From contig JBBIRR010000001.1 in assembly GCA_037441705.1 (NCBI GenBank), forward strand, positions 32,001 through 96,000: DNA of 64,000 nucleotides, read 5' to 3'. The notes under the pieces were generated by a model that was not told the DNA's origin, did no database searches, and was given only the letters and a program-made list of their open reading frames with translations. The position numbers and the translations under genes are program-made. Positions 1 through 10,574 of the stretch are shown here, one piece after another (within the stretch, counting starts at the first letter, position 1; each line of letters opens with the position of its first letter). The DNA is from Ignavibacteriales bacterium. GTDB taxonomy: Bacteria > Bacteroidota > Ignavibacteria > UBA10030 > UBA6906.

Positions 1-1241
1 CCCGCAAGTGATCCCGCCTGATACTCGTTGTAAAATTCTTCAAGGGCGCGTTTGATGCCGACGATATCCTTCGGCGGTGTTACCCGTCCGCCGGCTTCGA
101 GGATGGTCTGTTTCAAGAAGCCGTCGGGCACGCATCCCAGAATCGGCTTGCGTGCGCCGATGTACTCGTACACTTTGCCCGGCGAACCCACATCGTCTCC
201 GACGATCATCCACAACACATCGGAGGCAAGAAGATTGTTGACACACTGGCGGTGCGGCAGGTAGTCCACGATGATGACCGCATCCTGCAGTCCGAGTTTC
301 TGCACAAGCTTCTTGTTCTCGGCACGAAACTTCCCGATGAACAGTGCCTCGATCTTGTCGCGCAAGGCAGGCCGCTCCTGAAAGAGGGTGTGGAGCGCGT
401 GAAGAAAATACGTCGGCACGCGATCTTCCCAAAACACACCCGCGTAGGTAATCCGCATCTTTCCGCTCCGCGGAATCACGCCGTCCATTGCTGCGGCAGC
501 GGAGGGATGGAAATCCTCCGGGTCAAAACCCTGCGGAATAATCCTGATGTCGTGATAGCTCAGGAAGCCATGCCGCTTGATGAGGAGTTCCTTCACGCGC
601 CGATTCGTCGTAACGATAAAGCTGCTCATCTTCAGTGCCCTCCGCTCAAGCTGGATGTTCCGCAGCTTGTGCAGCGGCGTGGGATAGAATTTGTGTGGAT
701 ATTCCACCCACGGATCGCGATAGTCGAACACAACCGGCCGCCGCAGGCGCTTGCGCAGTTCAGCGCCGACGAGGAAATCGGTGAAGGGCGGGGCCGTAGC
801 AAAGATGACGTCGAACGGCGTCGAACGATGGAGCGCAGCCGCGGTTCGGACCGCGGTCCGTTTCCAGCCGATCTTGTTGTCGGGAATGAAGAATGTATCG
901 CTGATGCGGCTCAGCATCTTGCGCCAGAACTCGGAGGGGAGGCGAACATCGCGTTTCTTCGCGAAGACCCTGCCCGGGCCTGCTGCATTGGTGCGGACGA
1001 TGGCCACATCGCGGCCGGAGAGTTCGTCGAGCAATGACTCGTCGTGCGCAAAGTAACCGCGCGGCTCGACGGTCAGCACGGTCGGCTTCCAGCCGAACTG
1101 CGGCAGATACTTGACGAACTTCAACGTTCGCTGCACACCGCTCAAGCCCATCGGGGGAAAATAGTACGCGATCACGAGCACGCGGCGTTGTTCGATGATC
1201 TCCGAGGGCGTTTTGAACGGGGCTGTGATGTCCTCGATCAT
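1..1241 (-). CDS. Glycosyltransferase family 4 (GT-B), 3' end runs off window
   Basis: Not in the ORF track because it is open at the left edge. Hand translation from ATG at 1241 gives MIEDITAPFK...RRVLVIAYYFPPMGLSGVQRTLKFVKYLPQFGWKPTVLT, a typical GT4 N-terminus; the same frame is still open near position 3. Confidence 0.85.
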   Translation of the reverse strand, partial: MIEDITAPFKTPSEIIEQRRVLVIAYYFPPMGLSGVQRTLKFVKYLPQFGWKPTVLTVEPRGYFAHDESLLDELSGRDVAIVRTNAAGPGRVFAKKRDVRLPSEFWRKMLSRISDTFFIPDNKIGWKRTAVRTAAALHRSTPFDVIFATAPPFTDFLVGAELRKRLRRPVVFDYRDPWVEYPHKFYPTPLHKLRNIQLERRALKMSSFIVTTNRRVKELLIKRHGFLSYHDIRIIPQGFDPEDFHPSAAAAMDGVIPRSGKMRITYAGVFWEDRVPTYFLHALHTLFQERPALRDKIEALFIGKFRAENKKLVQKLGLQDAVIIVDYLPHRQCVNNLLASDVLWMIVGDDVGSPGKVYEYIGARKPILGCVPDGFLKQTILEAGGRVTPPKDIVGIKRALEEFYNEYQAGSLA

Positions 1242-1259
1242 GGTCGTTTCGATCGGAAT

Positions 1260-2333
1260 CTACACCACAATGAAGTCCTTCGGCGCGCTGTTCAAGACCT
1301 CGCAGCCGTTTTCGCGCAGCACCACGTCGTCCTCGATACGTACGCCGCCGAAGTCCGGCAGGTAGATGCCCGGTTCGATGGTGATGACGCTTCCGGCCAT
1401 GAGACGTTCCTTGCTGAGACGGGAGACGCGCGGCCGCTCATGCACATGTAAGCCCAAGCCGTGACCGAGCGAGTGGTGAAAGAGTTTTCCAAAGCCCGCA
1501 CGCGCGATGCGCAAACGGGCCACGGCATCAAGGTCCCGCGCCAGCATCCCACCCCGCGCGGATTCAAGAGCCTCCTGTTGCGCTGCCCGGACGGCCTCGT
1601 ACATCCGCCGCGCACGCCGCACCGGCCTGCCGACGGCGATCGTGCGGGTGATGTCGGAATTGTACCCATTGACCACACAGCCGAAGTCCAGCGTCACCAA
1701 TTCTCCGTTGCGGACGCGTTTGAGGCTTGCGCGGGCGTGAGGCAACGCGCTGCGTGTGCCGCTGGCGACAATCGTATCGAACGCGTCCCGCTCGGCACCC
1801 ATCGTCCTGTGCAGATAGGAGATCTCGGCTGCAACCTCCAGTTCCGTTATTCCCGGTCGAATGATGTCGAGGATCTTTTCGAAGACGCGGTCGGAAATGT
1901 GTGCGGCACGCCGAAGGTTGTTGATTTCTTCTTCATCCTTCACCACCATCACGTCCTCGACCAGCTCGCGCGTAGAAGCGAATGACACGCCGGGAAAGAG
2001 CGTGCGCAGCATGCGGTACTGTGCGTAGGAGACGTGCTGGGCTTCAAATCCGACGCGCGCGAGCTTGTCGAGCATTCTCCGGCGGGATGCTTCTTCGTAC
2101 AGCCCGTTGCGCGTAACGATGACGCGTTTGCAGCCGCGCGCTTCCATCTTCGCTTGCTGCGCGTAGCGGCTGTCAGTCAACAGCGTGGATGTTGAGGAGG
2201 AAAGAAGAAGCAACGCGTGCGTCCCGGTGAATCCGGTCAAATAGCGAATGGCGTGAAGAGAAGAAACAAGCATGCCGTCCAGCCCCCGCTTCTGCAACTC
2301 GTGCTGTACACGTGCGATACGGTCTCGTGTCAT
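1260..2333 (-). CDS. Xaa-Pro aminopeptidase/dipeptidase (M24B)
   Basis: Creatinase-like N-domain plus M24 metal motifs LDFG..YNSDITRT, HSLGHGLGLHVHE, TIEPGIY, GVRIEDD. Confidence 0.93.
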   Translation of the reverse strand: MTRDRIARVQHELQKRGLDGMLVSSLHAIRYLTGFTGTHALLLLSSSTSTLLTDSRYAQQAKMEARGCKRVIVTRNGLYEEASRRRMLDKLARVGFEAQHVSYAQYRMLRTLFPGVSFASTRELVEDVMVVKDEEEINNLRRAAHISDRVFEKILDIIRPGITELEVAAEISYLHRTMGAERDAFDTIVASGTRSALPHARASLKRVRNGELVTLDFGCVVNGYNSDITRTIAVGRPVRRARRMYEAVRAAQQEALESARGGMLARDLDAVARLRIARAGFGKLFHHSLGHGLGLHVHERPRVSRLSKERLMAGSVITIEPGIYLPDFGGVRIEDDVVLRENGCEVLNSAPKDFIVV

Positions 2334-2345
2334 GCGGTGCGGCGC

Positions 2346-3833
<1,488 letters not shown>

Positions 3834-5006
3834 TCATACAAACGCAGGAATTCCCGTTATGTCTTCTCCAACAATCAACGTATGCATCTCGTGCGTACCT
3901 TCGTAGGTGATGACGGATTCGAGGTTTGCCGCGTGACGCATCACCGGATATTCGTCGAGGATGCCGTTGGCGCCGAGAATGCTGCGCGCTTCGCGGGCAA
4001 TCTGCAGCGCATGATACACGTTGTTGCGCTTCGCAAAGGAAATCTGCTGGAAGCGTGCCTTGCCTTGATCCTTCAATCTCCCCAGGTGTACACACAGCAG
4101 CTGCGCCTTCGTTATTTCCGTGAGCATGTTGACAAGCTTCTCCTGCGTTAACTGGAACGAGGCAATCGGCCGATCGAATTGGATACGCGTCTTGGCATAG
4201 TTCAGCGCACTTTCGTAGCACGCCATCGCCGCGCCGATGGCTCCCCAGGCAATGCCATAGCGCGCCTGCGTCAAGCAACTCAGCGGCAGTTTCAAACCTT
4301 CGCCTCCGGGCAACCGGTTTTCCCTGGGGATGTGCACATCCTGAAAAATCAACTCCGATGTCACCGACGCCCGCAATGAGTGTTTGCCTTTCATCTCCGG
4401 TGCGCTGAAGCCTTTGGTCCCCTTCTCAACCAAAAAGCCGTTGACGACACCGTTCAATTTCGCCCACACGACGGCAACATCCGCCAGCGTTCCGTTGGTG
4501 ATCCACATCTTGGCGCCGTTGAGGATGTAGCCGTCACGAGTTTCGGTCGCGCGCGTAATCATGCCTGCGGGATTGGAACCATAGTCCGGTTCGGTCAACC
4601 CGAAGCATCCGATGGCCTCGCCTCGTGCCAGTCGTGGAAGCCAGTACTCCTTTTGCTGCTCCGAGCCATAAGCATAGATGGGATACATCACCAACGCGCT
4701 TTGCACAGAGGCAAAGCTTCGGACGCCGCTGTCGCCGCGCTCGAGTTCCTGCATCACCAACCCGTAGGCAACGTTGTTCATTTCCGCACAGCCGTATTTG
4801 GCAGGAAGAGTCGCACCGAACAACCCAAGCTCCGCCATCTTCGGAATGAGATGCATCGGATACGTTCCTTCTCGCGCATGCTTCTCGATGATGGGGATAA
4901 CGTTGTCCTCCACAAATTCGCGGACGGTGTTGCGGACGAGAATTTCTTCTTCGGTCAGAAGACTGTCCACGTTCATGTAATCGACTCCCTGGAACTTGGC
5001 AGGCAT
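3834..5006 (-). CDS. Acyl-CoA dehydrogenase, glutaryl-CoA dehydrogenase-like
   Basis: ELERGDSGVRSFASVQ, GCFGLTEPDYGSNP, LNGAKMWITNG, TYEGTHEMH. Confidence 0.9.
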   Translation of the reverse strand: MPAKFQGVDYMNVDSLLTEEEILVRNTVREFVEDNVIPIIEKHAREGTYPMHLIPKMAELGLFGATLPAKYGCAEMNNVAYGLVMQELERGDSGVRSFASVQSALVMYPIYAYGSEQQKEYWLPRLARGEAIGCFGLTEPDYGSNPAGMITRATETRDGYILNGAKMWITNGTLADVAVVWAKLNGVVNGFLVEKGTKGFSAPEMKGKHSLRASVTSELIFQDVHIPRENRLPGGEGLKLPLSCLTQARYGIAWGAIGAAMACYESALNYAKTRIQFDRPIASFQLTQEKLVNMLTEITKAQLLCVHLGRLKDQGKARFQQISFAKRNNVYHALQIAREARSILGANGILDEYPVMRHAANLESVITYEGTHEMHTLIVGEDITGIPAFV

Positions 5007-5031
5007 GAACTCCTCAGAGGGCTAAGAATGG

Positions 5032-5065
5032 AAAAAAGCCCTGTTTACAAAAAGCAACACAGGGC
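5032..5065 (-). terminator. Intrinsic terminator-like hairpin ~25 nt upstream of acyl-CoA dehydrogenase start
   Basis: Minus strand reads GCCCTGT-gTTGC-ttttt-GTAA-ACAGGGC followed by TTTTTT. Confidence 0.55.
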
Positions 5066-5150
5066 GCAGACTCCTTGATTTGCGATAAAAGGAAAGGATT
5101 TTCGCCTGCAAAATCAACCGACTGTTGTTCAACATGGAGGCCAACAAAGG

Positions 5151-5187
5151 AGAAGCCGACGGAGTTGGTCAGACCCCATCGGCTTCT
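5151..5187 (-). terminator. Hairpin downstream of NtrC-family gene (probable terminator)
   Basis: Inverted repeat AGAAGCCGA...TCGGCTTCT, followed on the minus strand by CCTTTGTT. Confidence 0.5.
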
Positions 5188-5277
5188 GTAGGAGAGATGT
5201 ATGTGGTACTGGTCACCTTGTTAGACGACTCAAGCAAAAAAAAGTTACACTTCCGGGAGTTCGAGAAGGAGAATGGC

Positions 5278-6678
5278 TCAGCCGATCGGGTTTCGCGGTC
5301 GATCATCCACCTTGAAACCGTACTGCTTGATCTTAAGATAAAGGGTCTTCTTTGAGATGCCGAGGGCTTCGGCGGTCTTGCCGCGGTTGAAGTTGTACTT
5401 GTGCAGCATGCGCTCGATGTGAATGCGCTCGAGCTGTTCAAGGGAAAGGTTATCGTTGAAGGGCGGGGCAGGCAATCCATCGCTTGTGAATGCAGCGAAG
5501 GTCTTCTCCGCGCGATGAATGGAGAGGTCGGCCGGCTCGATGGTGTCGCCCGACGACAGGATGATCGCGCCCTCGAGGATATGTTCCAACTCCCGAACGT
5601 TGCCCGGGAAGTCATGCGCCATCAACACGTCGAGTGCGGCCGCAGAGAGCTTTTTGGGAGTTTTCCCCTTACTCTTGCGCTGCAAGAAGTGTTCGGCAAG
5701 AATGGGAATGTCCTCCTTCCGTTCGCGCAGCGGAGGGACTCGCAGTGTCACGACGTTGAGGCGATAAAGCAAGTCCTCGCGGAAGCGTCCTGCCGCAACC
5801 TCTTCGCGCAAGTCTTTGTTGGACGCGCTCACGACGCGGACATCCACGCGCAGCACGTTTGTGCCGCCCACCCGTCGAAACTCGCCGCTTTCCAGAAAGC
5901 GCAGCAATTTGGGCTGGATGCCGGGACTGATGTCCCCTACCTCGTCAAGAAAAAGTGTGCCGCCGTTGGCGACCTCCACCAACCCCTGTTTGGTACTATA
6001 GGCGTGCGTGAACGCGCCCTTCTCGTGGCCGAACAACTCCGTCTCCAGCAATGCATCAGGAATCGACGCGCAGTTCACGGCAACAAAGGGGCGGTTGTTG
6101 CGGGGGCTTTTGCGATGAATGAGATGCGCCACAAGCTCCTTTCCCGTTCCGCTCGCGCCCTGAATCAGAACGAACGAATCACTTCGGGCGAAGCGTTCGG
6201 CACTCTCGACCATGCGCAGGAACGCGGGACTTTGTCCCACCATCTCGGTGCTGGCCCCTTTGCGCGAGAGTTCGTTCTTCATCAACTTGTTGTCAATGAA
6301 CAGCTCCTTCCGCTCGATGGCCCGGTGGATGGTGTTGAACAACTCGTCGATGTCGTACGGCTTGGCGAGAAAATCGTACGCACCCATCTTGATCGTCTGA
6401 ATGGCAACCTTGATATCGGCGTAATTGGTCAGGATGATGACCTGCGTGGTGGGAGAGTATTCGTGGACGAATTCGAGAACTTCCATGCCGCTTACGCGCG
6501 GCATGCGGATATCGAGGAGGATGACGTCGTAGACTTTTTGCTGGATGCTGTTGATCGCCTGGCTGCCGTCGGCAGCGGTATCGACGTTGAATTCCCCGGA
6601 TGCACCAAGCTCGCCTTCGAGGAGGGTACGGAGATCCTCTTCGTCGTCAACGATGAGAAGGTTGTACTTTTTTGCCAT
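5278..6678 (-). CDS. Sigma54-dependent response regulator (REC-AAA+-Fis HTH, NtrC family)
   Basis: REC domain, Walker A GASGTGKE, ETELFGHEKGAFTHA, LFLDEVG, FREDLLYRLNV, C-terminal TAEALGISKKTLYLKIK. Confidence 0.95.
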   Translation of the reverse strand: MAKKYNLLIVDDEEDLRTLLEGELGASGEFNVDTAADGSQAINSIQQKVYDVILLDIRMPRVSGMEVLEFVHEYSPTTQVIILTNYADIKVAIQTIKMGAYDFLAKPYDIDELFNTIHRAIERKELFIDNKLMKNELSRKGASTEMVGQSPAFLRMVESAERFARSDSFVLIQGASGTGKELVAHLIHRKSPRNNRPFVAVNCASIPDALLETELFGHEKGAFTHAYSTKQGLVEVANGGTLFLDEVGDISPGIQPKLLRFLESGEFRRVGGTNVLRVDVRVVSASNKDLREEVAAGRFREDLLYRLNVVTLRVPPLRERKEDIPILAEHFLQRKSKGKTPKKLSAAALDVLMAHDFPGNVRELEHILEGAIILSSGDTIEPADLSIHRAEKTFAAFTSDGLPAPPFNDNLSLEQLERIHIERMLHKYNFNRGKTAEALGISKKTLYLKIKQYGFKVDDRPRNPIG

Positions 6679-6695
6679 GGTACCGCTTCACGGAG

Positions 6696-7064
6696 CTACT
6701 CGCCCATCACTCGTTCAATGGTCGTCAGCAGGTCCACCAGGTCGTACGGCTTGCTCACGAAATCTTCCGCACCCAGCTTCTTCGATTCAATGGCGTTCTT
6801 CAGGTCGGCAAAGCCGGTCAGCATGATCACCTTCGTCCCGGGGTGTTTGTCCTTAATCACCTTCAACACCTCGAAGCCGTTCATGTTCGGCATCTTGATA
6901 TCAAGGAGGACCAGCTGGTACCGCGCTTTCTGCAACATGGCAACAGCCTCCACTCCATCCGCTGCTGTTCCGACATCGTAGCCTTCACCGCTGAGTTCGG
7001 CACTCAGGACCGTACGCAAAGCGTCTTCGTCATCAACAACAAGGATTTTTCCTTTTTGAGACAT
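6696..7064 (-). CDS. Single-domain response regulator
   Basis: ILVVDDE, LLDIKMPNMNG, MLTG, KP motifs; start taken at MSQKGK. Confidence 0.92.
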   Translation of the reverse strand: MSQKGKILVVDDEDALRTVLSAELSGEGYDVGTAADGVEAVAMLQKARYQLVLLDIKMPNMNGFEVLKVIKDKHPGTKVIMLTGFADLKNAIESKKLGAEDFVSKPYDLVDLLTTIERVMGE

Positions 7065-7279
7065 GCAAGAAACCCCCAAAGCTTATCTAAGGCTCATCCG
7101 CTGTAGCTCGGAGCGAGAAAGTGGAAGCGAACACGGATGATGATAGTCAAAGAAACCACGAAAATCAACAACGCAAAGCACAGAGAGCGAGAGGTCTTCC
7201 CCGCCGTACGACATATCTCTTACATCATTTCTCCTCCGCTGTGTTGCAGTGCCTGGCCATGACCGGCACATCAAACACG

Positions 7280-7308
7280 TTGCAAGTCTCTCCAACTTGT
7301 ACTATACT
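7280..7308 (+). promoter_or_regulatory. Sigma70-type promoter
   Basis: TTGCAA-17 nt-TATACT, ~30 nt upstream of ATG at 7337. Confidence 0.6.
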
Positions 7309-7336
7309 TACTAAGAAGATTTCTGACCCCACACGC

Positions 7337-8002
7337 ATGGAAACTCCCGACGTTATTAACCTCCTGTTTGTCGACAACGATACCAGTTACATGGCGGTGG
7401 CTCAACACCATCTTTCCCGTTTCCAGGGAAAGCGCTTCAATGTTGTATGGAAACAGGACGGCGCGGCCGCCATCGAAGAACTCAAGAACAATCCATCGCT
7501 GCATCTGGCCATCATCGACTACTATTTGCCGGAGGCGAACGGCCTCGAAGTCACCAAGGCCATCCGCGAGCAGGGCATCGACATTCCCATCATCTTTCTG
7601 ACGTCGAATAAGGATTTCAAGCTCGCAATCGAAGTCATGAGGTTTGGGGTGGAGGATTACATGATCAAGGACGAGGCCGTGGAGTCCGTCTTGCCGCGTA
7701 CGATCCTCAACATTCTCGAGCGTGTCTCGCTCAAGCGCAAGATCGCGATGCAGCAGAAGGCCGAGCTGATCGCGAAGAAGCGGACGGACGCGATCAAGGA
7801 GCTGGTCGTCACCGTCTGTCACGAATTCAACAACCCCCTTGCCGCCATCAAAATCTCAACGGATATTCTCTTACGTCAGCAACTGCCACCCCACGAAAAG
7901 AAACTTGTGCAGGCCCTTGACAATAACATCGCGCTGGTGGAAAAAGAAATCACGAAGCTCCGCGACATCAACTTCGAACGGATGGACTTTGGCGTAGGAT
8001 GA
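7337..8002 (+). CDS. Receiver + HisKA (DHp) protein lacking a HATPase domain
   Basis: METPDVINLLFVDND..IIDYYLPEANG receiver, coiled coil, H-box VCHEFNNPLAAI, then a stop. Confidence 0.85.
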   Translation: METPDVINLLFVDNDTSYMAVAQHHLSRFQGKRFNVVWKQDGAAAIEELKNNPSLHLAIIDYYLPEANGLEVTKAIREQGIDIPIIFLTSNKDFKLAIEVMRFGVEDYMIKDEAVESVLPRTILNILERVSLKRKIAMQQKAELIAKKRTDAIKELVVTVCHEFNNPLAAIKISTDILLRQQLPPHEKKLVQALDNNIALVEKEITKLRDINFERMDFGVG

Positions 8003-8016
8003 GATACGACGGGCAC

Positions 8017-8045
8017 TTGCATCTCCGCCGATCAATCTCTATATT
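8017..8045 (+). promoter_or_regulatory. Sigma70-type promoter
   Basis: TTGCAT-17 nt-TATATT. Confidence 0.6.
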
Positions 8046-8151
8046 GAAATAGAAAAATGACCATTAGAGACCAGCTGTGAGAACCGCGTGTCATGATGCG
8101 AGCAAAAGCATCCGCTCCGCAAACGTACCTTGCAACGTTAGAAAGTTAGAG

Positions 8152-8187
8152 AAAAGTGTCCCGCCCAAGAAGCGGGACACTTTTTTT
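8152..8187 (+). terminator. Strong intrinsic terminator (possibly bidirectional)
   Basis: AAAAGTGTCCCGC-ccaagaa-GCGGGACAC-TTTTTTT. Confidence 0.8.
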
Positions 8188-8206
8188 GTCGTCGGGGGCG
8201 TGCACC

Positions 8207-9313
8207 GTGACCGTGCGTGACGTGCTCAACCTGCTGACGGCATGGGCACCTCATGAGGTGGCGTGGGAACGGGACAACGTGGGCTTGCAGGTGGGTGATG
8301 CTCGACGCACCGTTTCCCGCATCTGCGTGTGTTTGGATGTAACAGAGGCGGTAGTTGCTGAGGCCGCGAGAAAGAAGGCGGATCTGATTGTCAGTCATCA
8401 TCCGCTACTGTTTCGGCCTCCGCGAACAATTAACGTGGAGGATGAGGTTGGCCGATGCGTGCAGACGCTTCTCAAGAACAACATCAGTCTGCTCTCGGCG
8501 CATACGAACCTGGATTTCACACGCGGAGGAACGAGCTTTGCTCTGGCCGACGCGCTCGGCTTGCGGAACGTCGAGTTCCTGCACAAGCCGTATCAGGTCC
8601 AGAGAAAAATTGTCACGTTCGTGCCCGAAACACACGTCGAGCGGGTACGCAACGCCATGGCCGAGGCTGGAGCCGGCGTAATCGGCAATTATGATCACTG
8701 TTCGTTCTCGATGCCGGGAACAGGATCGTTTCGAGGAAACGTCCATGCCCGCCCGGCGGTAGGCGTAAAAGAGAAGTTAGAGTTTGTGGCGGAAACACGG
8801 TTGGAGATGATAGCGGAGCGTTGGAACGTCCCGCGCGTGATCGCAGCACTCAAGGCAGCGCATCCGTACGAAGAAGTCGCCTACGACGTGTATCCGCTGG
8901 AGAACGTACACGGAAGTTACGGCATGGGCATCATCGGCGAGCTGGCGCGCCCGTTGGCGCTCGGGCCATTTCTGAAATTGGTGAAAACGCGGCTGCACTC
9001 GGGAGCGCTCCGCTATTGTGCCGGCGCCAGGCATCCGATTCGGCGAGTTGCGGCATGCGGCGGCAGCGGCTCGGACTTGACCGATGTGGCGATTGCCCAG
9101 AACGCCGACGCATTCATCACAGCCGACGTGAAATACCATGACTTTCACCATGCCGCGGGCAAAATTACGCTGGTCGACGCGGGCCATTTTGAAACCGAAC
9201 ACCCCGTCGTCCGGACGGTTGTGCGCTACCTGCAAGACGAGTTGAAAAAACAGGACGAGAGGATCGCGGTGTTTGCAGCGCAAACGCCGACGAACCCCGT
9301 ACGCTATTTGTAA
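8207..9313 (+). CDS. Nif3-like dinuclear metal-centre hexameric protein (YbgI/YqfO, with PII-like insert)
   Basis: DNVGLQVG, SHHPLLF, SAHTNLD, AHPYEEVAYD, DAGHFETE; GTG start inferred. Confidence 0.92.
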   Translation: MTVRDVLNLLTAWAPHEVAWERDNVGLQVGDARRTVSRICVCLDVTEAVVAEAARKKADLIVSHHPLLFRPPRTINVEDEVGRCVQTLLKNNISLLSAHTNLDFTRGGTSFALADALGLRNVEFLHKPYQVQRKIVTFVPETHVERVRNAMAEAGAGVIGNYDHCSFSMPGTGSFRGNVHARPAVGVKEKLEFVAETRLEMIAERWNVPRVIAALKAAHPYEEVAYDVYPLENVHGSYGMGIIGELARPLALGPFLKLVKTRLHSGALRYCAGARHPIRRVAACGGSGSDLTDVAIAQNADAFITADVKYHDFHHAAGKITLVDAGHFETEHPVVRTVVRYLQDELKKQDERIAVFAAQTPTNPVRYL

Positions 9314-9325
9314 TACTCATGGGAG

Positions 9326-10078
9326 ATGGAATTGGAGACCAAGCTTCGCACGTTGTACACTCTGCAGCTCATTGACAACAATTTGGACGAGATCGAGGAG
9401 ATGAAGGGCGATCTTCCTCACGAAGTCCGAACCCTGGAGGAGAAGATTTCGACACTCAAGCAGAAGCTTTCGGAGTTGGAAAGCACCATGCGTCAGGCGT
9501 TCTCGCAACGAGACAACGCCGATTCCGAAATCATCTCCCTCAAGGAAAAAATCGAAAAGTACAAAGCGCAGCAGTACCAGGTACGCAACAACCGGGAGTA
9601 CGATGCCCTGACAAAAGAAATGGATCAGGCGGCGGAGACCATCGCAAAACTGGAGAAGGAGATGGCCGCTCTCGAAAATAAAGGGACGATCGCACGAACG
9701 GACATTGAAACAACAAGAAAAGAATTGGAAGAAGCACAACAGCTTCTTGAAGAAAAGAAAGCCGAGCTGGCTGAGGTCTCCAAAGCAACGGAGGAGGAAG
9801 AGCTGAAATTCCGGCACGAGCGTGAGAAAACGGTTGTCCGGATCAGCAAACAGGATCTCGCGATGTACGAGCGCATCCGGAAGGCGAAGAACGGGCGGGC
9901 AGTTGTTCCGATCCGCCGCGGCGCCTGCGGCGGGTGCCATACTGCTGTTCCTCCGCAGAAAATACTGGAGCTGAAGCAGAACAAGCGGCTGTATACATGC
10001 GAACGGTGCGGTCGCATCATCATCTCGGAAGAAATCGCCCAGAGCACGACCGCCATGGTACCGCAGACGAGTTTCTGA
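9326..10078 (+). CDS. Coiled-coil protein with C4 zinc ribbon (DUF164/CT398-like)
   Basis: Long coiled coil, then CGGC...CERCGRI; usual neighbour of Nif3. Confidence 0.9.
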   Translation: MELETKLRTLYTLQLIDNNLDEIEEMKGDLPHEVRTLEEKISTLKQKLSELESTMRQAFSQRDNADSEIISLKEKIEKYKAQQYQVRNNREYDALTKEMDQAAETIAKLEKEMAALENKGTIARTDIETTRKELEEAQQLLEEKKAELAEVSKATEEEELKFRHEREKTVVRISKQDLAMYERIRKAKNGRAVVPIRRGACGGCHTAVPPQKILELKQNKRLYTCERCGRIIISEEIAQSTTAMVPQTSF

Positions 10079-10098
10079 ACTAACTAAACCAATAACAT

Positions 10099-10548
10099 AC
10101 ACTGCAAGGTCGGGCAACCGCGTGGCGCTTCAAGCGCCATGAGGAAAGTCCGAACTCCGCAGAGCAAGGTGCCCGGCGAACAGCCGGGGGTTTGACGGCG
10201 TAAGCCCTCAAACACGGAAAGTGTCACAGAAAACATACCGTCCGCCTCCTGGCGGATAAGGGTGAAAAGGCGAGGTAAGAGCTCACCGCATCATCAGTAA
10301 TGATGATGGTCCCGATGAGGGATGGCGCCACCGGCGTCACACGACAAACCCCACCTGGAGCAAGATCGCGTAGAGAGCATGAAGTGGCTCGCTTCGACGC
10401 GTCGTTTCTCCGCAGGACGTCATCGGAGAACGATGCGCAACTCTCGGGTAGATCGCTTGAGTCCGCCGGCAACGACGGACCCAGAGGAATGGTTGCCTCT
10501 CCGCTTTCGGGCGGAAAGACAGAATTCGGCTTACAGACCTTGCAGTGT
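10099..10548 (+). ncRNA. rnpB: RNase P RNA, bacterial type A
   Basis: P1 ACACTGCAAGGTC/GACCTTGCAGTGT; conserved GAGGAAAGTCCGAACTC, GGAAAGTGTCACAGAAA, GGGTGAAA..GGTAAGAGC, AAACCCC..GGAGCAAG, ACAGAATTCGGCTTAC. Confidence 0.96.
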
Positions 10549-10574
10549 CCTTTTGTGATGGAGCGTCCAACACC

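Noticed and set aside
252-1037. 261-aa plus-strand ORF
   Set aside because: The real gene is the minus-strand GT4 running off the window edge.
5401-6981. 526-aa plus-strand ORF
   Set aside because: Antisense shadow of the NtrC and receiver genes, with no recognisable motifs; such shadows are common in GC-rich DNA.
7264-7285. GGCAC...TTGCA sigma54-like site
   Set aside because: Spacing is about 5 nt too long for -24/-12; better explained as the -35 of a sigma70 promoter.
9326-10078. Zn-ribbon protein as a flagellar sigma54 chaperone (HP0958/FlgZ analogy)
   Set aside because: Its pairing with Nif3 is a widespread housekeeping arrangement; there is no locus-specific evidence for a flagellar role.
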